Source of the DNA: a virus
Lineage: Duplodnaviria > Heunggongvirae > Uroviricota > Caudoviricetes
Reading direction: 5' to 3' (one strand)
Length of the DNA: 64,000 bases
Virus record (IMG/VR): IMGVR_UViG_3300037461_000469
Coordinates: 29,752-93,751 of that record
Below the pieces are notes generated by a model. It saw only the letters and a list, made by a program, of their open reading frames with translations. It was not told the origin of the DNA and did no database searches. Shown here one piece after another: positions 8,623 through 18,499 of this stretch. Made by a program: the position numbers and the translations under genes. Every line of letters begins with the position of its first letter. Positions within the stretch are counted from its first letter, which is position 1.

Positions 8623-9216
8623 TCAGAACGGGTCATCGTACTTATTTTTTTCGGACGGTTCCCAAGTGTTGTAATTGCTTTTTAACTTTTCCTGCCAAGC
8701 CTTGCGTCTCTCCATCAGTTTGTCTTTTAAAGACCACCCAAAGGGTACTTCTTCAGTCTCAGCCTTGTAAATTTCATCCGCAACTTTTTGGGCTTCATCC
8801 AAGTCCTCTTCGATTGTCGCATTAGTGTTGTCTATTTTCCCTTTCATGGCCTCTAAGGATGTTTCGGCCTTGCGCTTGTTTCCGTTCAGCGTCCGTTCCA
8901 ACTTTTCCTTTAAGAACTTGCTCTTGGTTTTCTCCGCTTTCTTGATGGAATCGTCCGTAATCTTTTTAAACGTTTCTTCTAGGACGCTTCGCAGATTGTC
9001 GGTGTTGCGTACCATCTGCTTGTTGTCCACCCTAGTCTGCAATTGCGGTTCGGTCAGCGTGGTAATCACGCCCGTTGTTGCCTGTTTCATTTCGTAGACT
9101 ATCTTGTGGCCTACGGCTGAGGCCAGGATGTTGTTGATAGACCAAACAGTAACGTTTCCCGCCCTGCTGACGGCGTAGAAAACATCGTCTAAGTTAAACT
9201 GCGTTGTCAGTTCCAT
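8623..9216 (-). CDS. hypothetical protein
   Basis: ORF. Confidence 0.5.
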   Translation of the reverse strand: MELTTQFNLDDVFYAVSRAGNVTVWSINNILASAVGHKIVYEMKQATTGVITTLTEPQLQTRVDNKQMVRNTDNLRSVLEETFKKITDDSIKKAEKTKSKFLKEKLERTLNGNKRKAETSLEAMKGKIDNTNATIEEDLDEAQKVADEIYKAETEEVPFGWSLKDKLMERRKAWQEKLKSNYNTWEPSEKNKYDDPF

Positions 9217-9835
9217 CGTCCTTCACTTTCTTGGTCGGCGGGACGAACCGCTTGGGTTGCGGAAGGCCAAGGCGATTGTAAACCTCAGTCTCAATCTCGT
9301 CAATCTTCGCTCTTACGGGCTTGTAGGCCGTCTCTTCGATGTTGTCGAGAGCCTTCTGCATAATGTCGGGAAGGTTGACGCTGAAAGGCTTGCCCTTGTT
9401 CTCAGGAAGGTTGGCAATCTCGTTCAGTTTCTTTTCCAACATTTTCTTGACCGTCCGTTCGTTCGTGAACGGGTCGAGTTTTGTTTTCCACTCCCGCTTC
9501 ATATTCGGGATGATGCCCCTGTCCTTGTCTAGCCAAGAATCCTTGGTCGGCGGGGTCTGCATTTTCTTGACTTGGGTGAGCGTATCGTCCACCCGCTTCA
9601 CGAACCGATTAACGTCCTTAATCTCGTCCGTGTCCTCGTAGGCCTTCCAAAAGTCGTAGGGGACATCAAGGGCTGGCGGGGTCGGACGCAAAGAGAGCGT
9701 TTCGGCAAGTTCCTGCGCTCGTTGTTCTCTCTGCTCAGGCAGGAGGCTGTCGTAATCGAGTTCTTTAAAACTGTTCCACACAGTCCGCTTCTGCTCTTCC
9801 AACTCTTGCTCTATCGTTTTGTCATTTTCGTCCAT
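9194..9835 (-). CDS. hypothetical protein
   Basis: ORF downstream of consensus promoter 9852..9880. Confidence 0.5.
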   Translation of the reverse strand: MDENDKTIEQELEEQKRTVWNSFKELDYDSLLPEQREQRAQELAETLSLRPTPPALDVPYDFWKAYEDTDEIKDVNRFVKRVDDTLTQVKKMQTPPTKDSWLDKDRGIIPNMKREWKTKLDPFTNERTVKKMLEKKLNEIANLPENKGKPFSVNLPDIMQKALDNIEETAYKPVRAKIDEIETEVYNRLGLPQPKRFVPPTKKVKDDGTDNAV

Positions 9836-9851
9836 TTTTTACCTATAGTTT

Positions 9852-9880
9852 AGTATATCATAAAATGATAGACTTGTCAA
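9852..9880 (-). promoter_or_regulatory. sigma70-type promoter, TTGACA-N17-TATACT
   Basis: Reverse complement CTTGACAagtctatcattttatgaTATACT. Confidence 0.6.
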
Positions 9881-10071
9881 GCGTTGTTGGCTTCGCCTTC
9901 GCCAAAAATTTCCTTGGAAAGAAGCGATACTCGCTCCTTTTCGAACGTCCGAATTTCATCGTACAGGGCATCCATATCCCTCTGCGTCCTGTTCTTATCG
10001 GCAAAGAGAGCCTGAACCTTTTTAAGAAGTTCGGTCTGCTTCTCTTCGATTTCCTTCAACGACATTATCAT
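9877..10071 (-). CDS. hypothetical protein
   Basis: ORF. Confidence 0.4.
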   Translation of the reverse strand: MIMSLKEIEEKQTELLKKVQALFADKNRTQRDMDALYDEIRTFEKERVSLLSKEIFGEGEANNA

Positions 10072-10391
10072 TTGCGTCTCCTATTAACTTTTCTTTGCTT
10101 CCTAGCGACCTTCGCCGCCTTCGCCCTCTTCGCCGCTTTCTTTTGGAGTTGCTGATTCCGCAGATTGGCCTTGAAGCGAATCTTCATCACCCTCTCTTCG
10201 TAAAGAGCCTTCATCTTTTCAAGTTGCTCCTTCTGAGCGGGAGACATCTTCGACAGGACGGTTTCTTCGTCTATCGGCTGTTTAACCTTTTCTTTGTTCT
10301 TTTTTTTGGGTACGGTATAGGGGATTATATCCTCTGCAAGTTCTTTAAGTTTTTTTTCTTTCTCTTCGAGAGTTCTAGTATCGTCTTCCAT
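10068..10391 (-). CDS. Lys-rich basic protein
   Basis: ORF; very basic C-terminus. Confidence 0.45.
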   Translation of the reverse strand: MEDDTRTLEEKEKKLKELAEDIIPYTVPKKKNKEKVKQPIDEETVLSKMSPAQKEQLEKMKALYEERVMKIRFKANLRNQQLQKKAAKRAKAAKVARKQRKVNRRRK

Positions 10392-10392
10392 T

Positions 10393-10560
10393 TACTCGTT
10401 CTCCTTGTTCAGTTCTTCCTTGGCCTCTTCGGTGTATTCCTTCACCAAGTCTTTGTACTCCGACTTGGGGCAGTACTTCCATCCCTCAGCTGCCACCATC
10501 TTGACAGCGGCCTTGTCCTTCACTCGCTTGACGTTCTTGCCCTTTTTAACGGTTTTCATT
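10393..10560 (-). CDS. small hypothetical protein (55 aa)
   Basis: Hand-translated ORF MKTVKKGKNVKRVKDK..., below the 60-aa cutoff of the ORF track. Confidence 0.35.
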
Positions 10561-10584
10561 TATTCTTCTCCTGTTCTTATTATA

Positions 10585-11535
10585 TCACACCCCGTAACCG
10601 AAATGCTCTTTCAGCATTTCAACCACTAGGCTATTAACCTCTTCGTAGCGGGGCTTGGAAGGAAGCGGCGATTTCTCGCTCATCTTTTCCACCCACTTTT
10701 CCAATTCCTCTCCGAGTTTCAAAACCTCGTTGAGTTTCCACTTGCCTTCCTTGACCTCTAGGACGAGTTGCCTGTCCTTCAACGGGAATTGCAAATCGCC
10801 CGTTTCAAGCAGTTCCATCCCTTCCATCAGAAGCCGAAGAAAATGCGAAGCGAACTTGGTATCGTAGCCTTTGCTCAGGTAGAGTTCCTTGCGGTTCCCT
10901 ACTTTCTCTAAGCGTTCGCTTATCTTTTTAACAACCCACCTGAGTTGACGGGTCAGTTCGAAGTCCAAGTCTCCGATAGTTACGTGCTTTTGCTTGAACA
11001 TCATAAACGGCAGATTTTTGTCCTTCAACTCCACCATGTAAGTCTCAGGCTTGTTAAACTCCACCATCCAATCAAGAGCATTTTTCAGTTCGTAGAACTT
11101 GTCAGTCCTGATTACCATTTTGTGTTTTTGCGAAAAGCCGTAGCCCAAAAACTTGTGCATCAAGCCCCGATGCAAAAACAGATGGCGGTTGTCCAAAAGT
11201 TTGAGACCCATTTCGTTCAGGAACAACACGTTCGGCTCGTTCACGAACAGTTGCTCCACCACGTTCGGGTTGTTCTCTAGGGACAGCCGCACGAACTTGC
11301 GGAACTCGTAGAGTTTGCGGTCAACAGCGTCAGGGTTGTTCTTGCCGTCCTTGCCCTTCGACACAACGGAAAGGTCAACCTCTTCGACAGCGTTCAGCCC
11401 AAGGTAGTACTCTTCGGGAGCCACGAACACGCCGCTGAAGTCCTCGTCAGAGGTCGGGGTGTTAGTGCCGTACAGATGGGAGCCTACCCTGTATTCAAGG
11501 ATTCTTCCCTTTTCAGCAAAAAGTCTTTCGTTCAT
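10585..11535 (-). CDS. Pol-beta superfamily nucleotidyltransferase (RNA-repair-associated type)
   Basis: N-terminal GS...D.D motif (RVGSHLYGTNTPTSDEDFSGVFV) typical of minimal nucleotidyltransferases. Confidence 0.5.
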   Translation of the reverse strand: MNERLFAEKGRILEYRVGSHLYGTNTPTSDEDFSGVFVAPEEYYLGLNAVEEVDLSVVSKGKDGKNNPDAVDRKLYEFRKFVRLSLENNPNVVEQLFVNEPNVLFLNEMGLKLLDNRHLFLHRGLMHKFLGYGFSQKHKMVIRTDKFYELKNALDWMVEFNKPETYMVELKDKNLPFMMFKQKHVTIGDLDFELTRQLRWVVKKISERLEKVGNRKELYLSKGYDTKFASHFLRLLMEGMELLETGDLQFPLKDRQLVLEVKEGKWKLNEVLKLGEELEKWVEKMSEKSPLPSKPRYEEVNSLVVEMLKEHFGYGV

Positions 11536-11541
11536 GTTTTA

Positions 11542-11570
11542 ATTATATCACAATTTTAGTGATTTGTCAA
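11542..11570 (-). promoter_or_regulatory. sigma70-type promoter, TTGACA-N17-TGtgaTATAAT
   Basis: Consensus -35 and extended -10. Confidence 0.65.
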
Positions 11571-12922
11571 TAGGGGCGGTTGCGGGTTCGATATTCCCAA
11601 CCGTCATAATCATAAGCATTGCCCCACGCCTTTAAACCACAGCCGATTAGGAATCCTAGGATAAGAGCCACCGCAATCCACAGAATTAACAAACCCACCC
11701 TGAAGGTGTTGTGGTTGATTCCGTGCGGGAAATTGCGGTCATACATTTTCTCTGACATCGAAATGATTTCCCGCCGAAGAGAATTTTTGCTACCCTTTCT
11801 ACCTTCTAATACCACGGCGATGTATTCCTCAATCTTGCTTTTCAAAATTGGCAGTTCGCCTCTTGTGGTTTGGAGTGAGAAAACAAGTTGGTTGATGGCC
11901 TGAATGACCCTGTTCGCCAAGTCCCTGATATTCTCAACGGACTGATATTCTTTGGGGCCAGGGTCGCTAGAGGAGCCTGTACTGTAAGAATCATCGTGTG
12001 CCGTGTCCTTGTCCTTTTCCCACACTTTTATCAGCCCGTACATCCCGTTGTAGGCTAGGATATCGTCCCTGAGATTGTTGTAGAGTGAACCCGTGTTCCA
12101 CATCGTTGCAATTTCCATCAGGGAAGCCCTGTCGTGTCGCTCCACTCTGCGGCTCTTGTCGGCGGCGTATTCGCCTTCGGCGTTTGTTCTAGAAGGCCGC
12201 ATTAAATTTCCTGGCCAATCCAAGCGGTAGAAATATTTTAACATCCGTATGCCGCTCTGATAGGCTCTCTCGCCCTGCGGCTTGTGATACCAATAGGAAT
12301 GGTCGGTGTGGTCGTAAACCTGTCGGGTGTGCATTTCGGTGTGCGTATTCCCGTTGGAATCGGTTGATGTCGTGAAATAAATTTCCGTCCTGTACTCATC
12401 ATCGTGTTCTTCGTCCCATGCCTCGCCAAACTGAACCTCTACGCTTCGCAGGGTAGGGGTCAGGGCGATGTACTTTTTCAACGTGGCAAGCACCTTGTCA
12501 ATCGTTGTCGGTAGGGTGTCGAACAGGTCGAACTCGTACTTGTAAATCTTGTTCTTCCTAGCGTCCAATTCCCTAGCGAACGCTTCGTTAGTCCCGATTA
12601 AACCAAAGTCGAGAGAGGTGTTCCAACACTCAAAAACCTTGTTGGTCGCATCGCTCAACTTGGCGTAGTATTCGGTGATGGGGTCAACAGGCTTGTGTTT
12701 GCGCTCCGCATCAAGTTCAATCTGCTCAATTTCGGAAAAGCCGAGCGGAATCAACTTGGCGTGTTTGATTTCCTTCGGGAGAAAGATGAACAGGGTTATC
12801 GTTAGAACTATAACGATTGCCGTTCCCACGACAAACTGTTCGTCCGTGTCCTGAATTAAATCCCTGAACCATTCCTTAGCCTTCAAGAAATATTGCACAA
12901 GTCTTTTGATTACCTGTTCCAT
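11567..12922 (-). CDS. membrane protein (TM segments at both the N- and C-terminus)
   Basis: ORF with hydrophobic segments. Confidence 0.5.
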   Translation of the reverse strand: MEQVIKRLVQYFLKAKEWFRDLIQDTDEQFVVGTAIVIVLTITLFIFLPKEIKHAKLIPLGFSEIEQIELDAERKHKPVDPITEYYAKLSDATNKVFECWNTSLDFGLIGTNEAFARELDARKNKIYKYEFDLFDTLPTTIDKVLATLKKYIALTPTLRSVEVQFGEAWDEEHDDEYRTEIYFTTSTDSNGNTHTEMHTRQVYDHTDHSYWYHKPQGERAYQSGIRMLKYFYRLDWPGNLMRPSRTNAEGEYAADKSRRVERHDRASLMEIATMWNTGSLYNNLRDDILAYNGMYGLIKVWEKDKDTAHDDSYSTGSSSDPGPKEYQSVENIRDLANRVIQAINQLVFSLQTTRGELPILKSKIEEYIAVVLEGRKGSKNSLRREIISMSEKMYDRNFPHGINHNTFRVGLLILWIAVALILGFLIGCGLKAWGNAYDYDGWEYRTRNRPY

Positions 12923-12924
12923 TT

Positions 12925-14145
12925 TTACCTGTCCTCTTTCGTACCCTTGAAAATCGGGAAGCGGAGCGAACTCTTATCGTCCGTAAGCCCCTGATATTTG
13001 ATTTCGGCCTTCAGGCCGACCATCTGCTTGCGATTTCTCCAAAATTCTTCTCTCTGTTCATCGCTGAAGCCTGAGCCGCACTCCGTTTCGACCTTGTGGC
13101 CTTCGACCTTACCCCTGCACAGGAACGCTCCTAGCATCCCCTTGTACTTGCCCGAACCTTCGATAGCGTCCACGATTTCCAAGTCCTCTTCCTTGAAGGA
13201 TTTAAACTTGACAAGCGCATCGCTACGCTTCCAATCGTAAACAACGTCCATCGAACGGAGCATCACGCCTTCGTAGCCTTCAGCCACCCACAGTTTATCC
13301 AAGGCCTTGATTTTCTCAAAGTCGTTTTTGATGATTCGGTACTCCACGAAGCGAAGATATTTGTATTTTTTTGAGTGTTCACGTAAAGCATCAAGTAGGT
13401 TGACCATCGTGGGGGTGTCAATATCACTATCCCCATCGTTGCCAAGGATGGCGAAAATGTTGTAGAAGATTTTCTTTTTGTCCTCTTCCACGACATTTTT
13501 CTTCCGCATCACGTAGCCTTGAATTTCCTGAAACGGAATTTCGGGGCTGTACAGTTCGCCGTCAATCAGGTCATACGTTCCTAGGCTGTTCAGTTCGTCC
13601 ACGATGTGTTCGAAGCCGACAACCTCTTTCCCGTTGCGGGTGTACAGTTTGCCGTTCTTCAGGACGCAACGAAGGCCATCCATCTTGCGGCTAGCCGCCC
13701 ACTTGGTGTTCTTGTACTTTTTCTTGGGGTCGTACTTGTTCGCAAGTTGAACCTTGAACTCCGGTATGAGTTTCGGGAAAACCTTGTTCACGATACTGTC
13801 GCTGACGTTGCAACGCAAATCCCTGAACAGGATGCGCTTGGCAAGGTCTTGGGCTTCGGGGGTACAGATTTCAAACATTCCCACCGTATTGCGGACGGCT
13901 TCGTGGCCTGTGTATTCCCGTTCATTCAGGGCTTGTAACAGGTGCATAATCTGAGGCCACATACATTCAAACTTGCCAATACCCGTTTTCATTTCGGGCA
14001 GTTTCTTGATGTAGTAGTTAAATTCGGGGTTGAGCGTGTAGAACAGGACTTCCTTCAACAGAGCCTTGTTCTTGAACTGTTTGAGCAGTTCCGCTTTCTT
14101 GATGGTGCTACCGTTATTTTCCAAATCTTTTATTAACTTTATCAT
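12925..14145 (-). CDS. ATP-dependent DNA ligase
   Basis: KxDG motif I (SRKMDGLRCVL), EGVMLR, an OB-domain region, and LRFPIF motif VI. Confidence 0.8.
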   Translation of the reverse strand: MIKLIKDLENNGSTIKKAELLKQFKNKALLKEVLFYTLNPEFNYYIKKLPEMKTGIGKFECMWPQIMHLLQALNEREYTGHEAVRNTVGMFEICTPEAQDLAKRILFRDLRCNVSDSIVNKVFPKLIPEFKVQLANKYDPKKKYKNTKWAASRKMDGLRCVLKNGKLYTRNGKEVVGFEHIVDELNSLGTYDLIDGELYSPEIPFQEIQGYVMRKKNVVEEDKKKIFYNIFAILGNDGDSDIDTPTMVNLLDALREHSKKYKYLRFVEYRIIKNDFEKIKALDKLWVAEGYEGVMLRSMDVVYDWKRSDALVKFKSFKEEDLEIVDAIEGSGKYKGMLGAFLCRGKVEGHKVETECGSGFSDEQREEFWRNRKQMVGLKAEIKYQGLTDDKSSLRFPIFKGTKEDR

Positions 14146-14152
14146 ACTCTTA

Positions 14153-14181
14153 TTATACCAAATAAAAAGGGGCTTGTCAAG
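14153..14181 (-). promoter_or_regulatory. sigma70-type promoter, TTGACA-N17-TATAAT
   Basis: Reverse complement CTTGACAagcccctttttatttggTATAAT, upstream of the DNA ligase gene. Confidence 0.7.
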
Positions 14182-14196
14182 GGCTAAAACCCCTGA

Positions 14197-14784
14197 TTAA
14201 TCGGCAACTCCCATGTGCGTACTGCGATATTTGTCAACCTCAGCGGCCTTCTTCACAACTTCGTCCTTGCTCATTACCTTGTATTCGTTGTTCGCACCCG
14301 CAAGATTCTTGACAAAGCGGCTGTAAGAAACCGTGCTAGGCTCGTTGTCGCAATCGCCAAGCACCGCCACTAGGACGTAGCCTTCTTCCTTGCCGAAGAA
14401 TTTCTTCAACTGCCGAGCCTCGTCCTTAGTGAAATCGGGGTCTTTTCTGTAAGCGTCCGTGGTGTACACAACGCAACGCACCCGAACACTCTTCATTTCA
14501 GGATGGCGTTTCAGGTACATTCCGACCTCGCCCCGATACTGCCGAAGCACGTAATCTTTCGGGTCTTTGCTACCACGCTTCCAAGTCCCTGCGGACACCC
14601 AATCGTTGACCTTTTTGGGAAGGTCTATAACGGCCTGTCCTTTGACCAAGCCCGTTGAAAAGTCGTGCTTCTCAATCGCCCCACTCAATTCAAAGAAAAA
14701 TTCCCCTCTGAAATTAAGAAAAACTTTACTGCCGACAGTCTTAGAGTTGAACGCTTCGCAGATATCCGAAACCATTACTTTCAT
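14197..14784 (-). CDS. hypothetical protein
   Basis: ORF downstream of consensus promoter 14804..14832. Confidence 0.5.
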   Translation of the reverse strand: MKVMVSDICEAFNSKTVGSKVFLNFRGEFFFELSGAIEKHDFSTGLVKGQAVIDLPKKVNDWVSAGTWKRGSKDPKDYVLRQYRGEVGMYLKRHPEMKSVRVRCVVYTTDAYRKDPDFTKDEARQLKKFFGKEEGYVLVAVLGDCDNEPSTVSYSRFVKNLAGANNEYKVMSKDEVVKKAAEVDKYRSTHMGVAD

Positions 14785-14803
14785 TCTTACCTCACTACCC
14801 CTT

Positions 14804-14832
14804 ATTATACTCTATTTTTTCGCTTTTGTCAA
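14804..14832 (-). promoter_or_regulatory. sigma70-type promoter, TTGACA-N17-TATAAT
   Basis: Reverse complement CTTGACAaaagcgaaaaaatagagTATAAT. Confidence 0.7.
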
Positions 14833-14927
14833 GTCGGCCAGGCTTCATTTGCCTGTTTTTTCTGCCGCACCTAGGGCATTTTTTGCCAACTGCTACGATG
14901 GCTCCATCACAGCAGTCGCACCACCAC

Positions 14928-15221
14928 TTAGCCCTTTTTAGTGTCTTTAATTTCATCAGGGGTTTCTTGTTCACACCCTATCATTGTGCGGCAAACGTGC
15001 CACAGCCTGAACAGGTTGAAATATCCCGTGGCAAAAATAATCACTAGGATGATGGGGATGAGATTGTTCGTGATGTTGAAAAAGGATACCATCCCCTGCA
15101 CCGAAAGAAGTGTGGCAATTGCCGTGTCAAAAAGGGTGAAGAGGTTAATTTTCACCTTGTCCGAATTGTCGGCCTTTTCGTTAAACTGCTTGACCAAATA
15201 CTGTCCGAAACTCATCATCAT
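14928..15221 (-). CDS. small membrane protein
   Basis: ORF; start moved to internal MMMSFG so that it couples to the upstream gene. Confidence 0.4.
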   Translation of the reverse strand: MMMSFGQYLVKQFNEKADNSDKVKINLFTLFDTAIATLLSVQGMVSFFNITNNLIPIILVIIFATGYFNLFRLWHVCRTMIGCEQETPDEIKDTKKG

Positions 15222-16138
15222 ACGTCCCACCCCTTCACGTGTCCGCACGTAACAACCGAGCCGTTATCGCCATCGTTGAACTCAATCTTGAAATACTCAG
15301 GCGTGTTCTCAATGACCTTGATGTTGGTCGGGTGAAGGCCACGCTCCACGAGTTTCTTGACGTAGCGGTTTAATTCCACCTTCGACAGTTTCGGCGGCTT
15401 GGCAGTCTTGCCGTTCGCAATCCTTTCCTCAATCTCCTGAGCCTTCTTCAAATCATCGACCCTGGCGAAACTCGTAATCTCGCCCTGCTTCTTGTCAACA
15501 AACTCCACCGTCCACATTGTCGGGGTTTTCTCGACAACCTTGAACGTGGACTCTTTCCACGTGTATCCCTTTTCTTTCAGGCCGCTCTTGATTCTATCCA
15601 AGACAGGAACGACAGGGATTTCATCCACGTTCTCTTTCCTGTCCGAAAAGCCGCTGATGCCGACAGGTGGTTGATTCGGCGCAGCCGCAATCGGGCTGTA
15701 CTTGCTGTAGTCGATTCCTTGTCTGCTAGAAACCGATTCACCGTGGGAAGCACCGTTGCCGATGCTGTTCTTGCGCCGCATTTTCTTGTTGATTTTTGCC
15801 ATCGCCATCTCTTCCACCGCCTTCTTATATTTACGCTTTCCGAGTTTCGCAATCTTGTGCATTTTTTCCCGCTTGGTTTCCTTCACGACCTTCTCGACCT
15901 TACGGGGTCTGCCTCTTTTCTTCGGGGCAACAGAGACCTTTTCCTTGCGGGGACGACCCCTCTTGCGCTTCGGTGCTTCGATTTGGGACAGCATTTCCTT
16001 TTCAATTTTTTTCTGAGAGTTAGGAGTGCCGAGCCGTTGCTCATCTTTCCGGGGCCGACCTCTCTTCTTCGGGGCAACCGCAACGAGTTTCTTGGTCTTG
16101 ATTTTCTTGGCTTTCTTAGCCTTTTTAATTTTCTTCAT
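15218..16138 (-). CDS. AT-hook DNA-binding protein (3 x KKRGRPRK)
   Basis: Three canonical AT-hook cores PKKRGRPRK in a Lys-rich N-terminal half. Confidence 0.65.
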   Translation of the reverse strand: MKKIKKAKKAKKIKTKKLVAVAPKKRGRPRKDEQRLGTPNSQKKIEKEMLSQIEAPKRKRGRPRKEKVSVAPKKRGRPRKVEKVVKETKREKMHKIAKLGKRKYKKAVEEMAMAKINKKMRRKNSIGNGASHGESVSSRQGIDYSKYSPIAAAPNQPPVGISGFSDRKENVDEIPVVPVLDRIKSGLKEKGYTWKESTFKVVEKTPTMWTVEFVDKKQGEITSFARVDDLKKAQEIEERIANGKTAKPPKLSKVELNRYVKKLVERGLHPTNIKVIENTPEYFKIEFNDGDNGSVVTCGHVKGWDV

Positions 16139-16158
16139 TGGACACTCCTTGTCCTAGT

Positions 16159-16187
16159 ATCTTATCACATTTTTTCCCAATTGTCAA
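16159..16187 (-). promoter_or_regulatory. sigma70-type promoter, TTGACA-N17-TAAGAT
   Basis: Upstream of the AT-hook gene. Confidence 0.5.
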
Positions 16188-16968
16188 GCCACCAAAGCGT
16201 TTGTAGCATCGACAACGTGGCAATCGGCGGTAATTTCCGTTTAAATTCGGACTTCTTCACACGGTTTAAGACCTTGACGATGGTTGCTCTTGGGAAACTT
16301 CCTACTTCTTCGATTTCGTCTAGCGAAAATCCTTTTTCGTCCCACAGGTGCAAAATCTTGTCTATCTCTTTGTAGGTAACGCCGATTTCGCCTTCGTCCG
16401 TCTGTCCTTCCCAAAGGTCGGCAGAGGGCTTCTTGTTGATAATCACGTCAGGAACACCCAAGTATCGGGCGAACTCAAAGACCTGAGTTTTGTATAGGTC
16501 GGCAATCGGTTCAAAAGCCGCCGCATCGTCCCCGTGCTGAGTGCAATAGCCAATCAGGTACTCGCTCTTGTTGGACGTTCCCGCCACGAGTGCGCTCTTG
16601 CGAACGGAGAAATCGTACAGGACGCTCATCCTTTCTCTTGCGCACTTGTTCGGAATCTGCAAGTGATGTTCGGCGGGGTAGCGGTTAAAGTAAGCGTACA
16701 CCGAAGGCGAAATGTCGATGGTTTCGTGTGCAATCCCTAGAGTCTCGCAAACCAACTTGCCGTGTTCAAGGCTTTCAGGAGAAGAGGTACGGAAAGGCAT
16801 CATCAGACTGTAGACGTGTTCAGCCCCTAGCGCACGGACGCACAAGGTTGCAACCACGGCTGAATCCAAACCGCCTGAAACCCCGATAACCACGTTCTTG
16901 AACCCGCTCTGATAAACGTAGTTCTTGATGAATGTAGTCGTGTATTTTTCAACTAATTCCCAATTCAT
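16165..16968 (-). CDS. nadE: NH3-dependent NAD+ synthetase
   Basis: PP-loop SGGLDS motif and overall NadE-like length and sequence. Confidence 0.75.
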   Translation of the reverse strand: MNWELVEKYTTTFIKNYVYQSGFKNVVIGVSGGLDSAVVATLCVRALGAEHVYSLMMPFRTSSPESLEHGKLVCETLGIAHETIDISPSVYAYFNRYPAEHHLQIPNKCARERMSVLYDFSVRKSALVAGTSNKSEYLIGYCTQHGDDAAAFEPIADLYKTQVFEFARYLGVPDVIINKKPSADLWEGQTDEGEIGVTYKEIDKILHLWDEKGFSLDEIEEVGSFPRATIVKVLNRVKKSEFKRKLPPIATLSMLQTLWWLDNWEKM

Positions 16969-17183
16969 TTTTTATCTCCCTTTAATTGCATACTGATGAT
17001 TTTGATGGCATCGTCCCAAGTGGGGGCTTTAAAAGGCCTGACCACGGTTATCACGAACGGGTTGCCCTCGCAATCACGTGTGTAATCATCGTGGTCTCCG
17101 AGCCACCGCTTCAGTTGAATCGTCCCGTTGCTGTGGAGATAACCCCACCACCACGTTCCTTGTAAATTCTTTTCAATGTTCAT
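16965..17183 (-). CDS. hypothetical protein
   Basis: ORF coupled to nadE. Confidence 0.4.
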   Translation of the reverse strand: MNIEKNLQGTWWWGYLHSNGTIQLKRWLGDHDDYTRDCEGNPFVITVVRPFKAPTWDDAIKIISMQLKGDKK

Positions 17184-17332
17184 TTGTTCTCCTTTTTGAT
17201 AGTTTTTCCTTTTTCAAAAACTTCTTGTAAAATGGCGATAATATCTCTTTCACACCAAAAATTAGTACACATTGGTTTAAAAACTTCGTAAACTTTTTTG
17301 GCTTTATTTTTGATATATCTTTTTTCGTTCAT

Positions 17333-18499
17333 TTATCCTCTCCTGATGATGCTCTTCAGCATCTTCAAATAGTTTTCGTCCTCGCACATCCCCTTGCCGC
17401 TGTTGTCCGAAATCTTCGCAACGGGCTGGCCGTTACAATGCGTCATTTTGATGACGATGTTCAGCGGCTCACGCTCCAAGTCGTTCGTCAGGTTCGTGCC
17501 GATGCCGAACGAAACCTTGATGCGCTTGTGGAAATACTCGTACAGGCCAATGGCCTTGATGATGTCAAGACTGTCGCTGAAAACGATGGTTTTGGTCTTG
17601 GGGTCGATGTGGAGTTTCTCGTAGTGCTTGATGATTTTCTCACCCGCTTCGATAGGGTCGCCGCTGTCGTGGCGAACGCCGTCAAACAACTTGGCAAAGT
17701 AACTGTCGAAATCCCGAAGGAAAACGTCAAGTCCTAGCGTGTCGCTCAGGGCAATCCCCAACTCGCCCCTGTATTCGTCTGCCCATTTCTGAAGCATGAA
17801 TTTCTGACTGTCCTTGATGTTGGTCAAGGCCTGACCCGCCTGAATCCACTCGTGCGCCATCGTGCCGATTGGCTTGATGCCGTGCTTGTAGGCAAAGTAC
17901 ACGTTGGAAGTCCCGACAAAGTTCTGCGGCAACTCCCCTTTCAGCGTCCCGACAACGGTGTTCTGCCAACTGCGGGAAAATCTGCGCCGTGCGCCGAAAT
18001 CGCTGAATTTGAAATCGGGGTCTCCGAAGGATAATACCGAATGGATTTTCTTGTACAACTTATTGGAACCCGTGATGGTCTCCGATAAAGTGTCCTTGTC
18101 GGTCAGGTTGAAATAGACCTCGTTCACAATCGAAAGCACAGGCGTTTCGAACAGAATCGTGTGAACCCACGGCCCTTTGATGGTGATATCCAACACGCCA
18201 TCGACGAGGCCGATTTTAATGTACTCTTTGCGCAACCTGAAATTACGCAAAAAGTCGATGTAGTCGGGCTTCAAAAAGTAAATCGTGCTGAGGTACTTTA
18301 ACTCTTCGGTATCGAAATGGAGTTCGCAAAGGTGCAAAATCTGCCGATTAATCTCGTCAAACTGTTCCTTCGTGAATTTAACTCCCTCGTTGCGGCACTT
18401 GAACTTGAACCTAGCATCCGTGCTAGGGAACTGATGGAGTACGGCCTGTTGCTGAGAAAATTTGTATAAATCCGTGTCCAATAATGATTCAATAATCAT
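17333..18499 (-). CDS. pncB: nicotinate phosphoribosyltransferase
   Basis: N-terminus LLDTDLYKFSQQQA matches the conserved NAPRTase start; length ~390 aa. Confidence 0.75.
   Translation of the reverse strand: MIIESLLDTDLYKFSQQQAVLHQFPSTDARFKFKCRNEGVKFTKEQFDEINRQILHLCELHFDTEELKYLSTIYFLKPDYIDFLRNFRLRKEYIKIGLVDGVLDITIKGPWVHTILFETPVLSIVNEVYFNLTDKDTLSETITGSNKLYKKIHSVLSFGDPDFKFSDFGARRRFSRSWQNTVVGTLKGELPQNFVGTSNVYFAYKHGIKPIGTMAHEWIQAGQALTNIKDSQKFMLQKWADEYRGELGIALSDTLGLDVFLRDFDSYFAKLFDGVRHDSGDPIEAGEKIIKHYEKLHIDPKTKTIVFSDSLDIIKAIGLYEYFHKRIKVSFGIGTNLTNDLEREPLNIVIKMTHCNGQPVAKISDNSGKGMCEDENYLKMLKSIIRRG

Noticed and set aside
16965-17335. Candidate nadD (NaMN adenylyltransferase) between pncB and nadE
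   Set aside because: Only 72-aa and ~49-aa ORFs are present and neither has the GxFxPxH motif. The NadD step is absent from this window.
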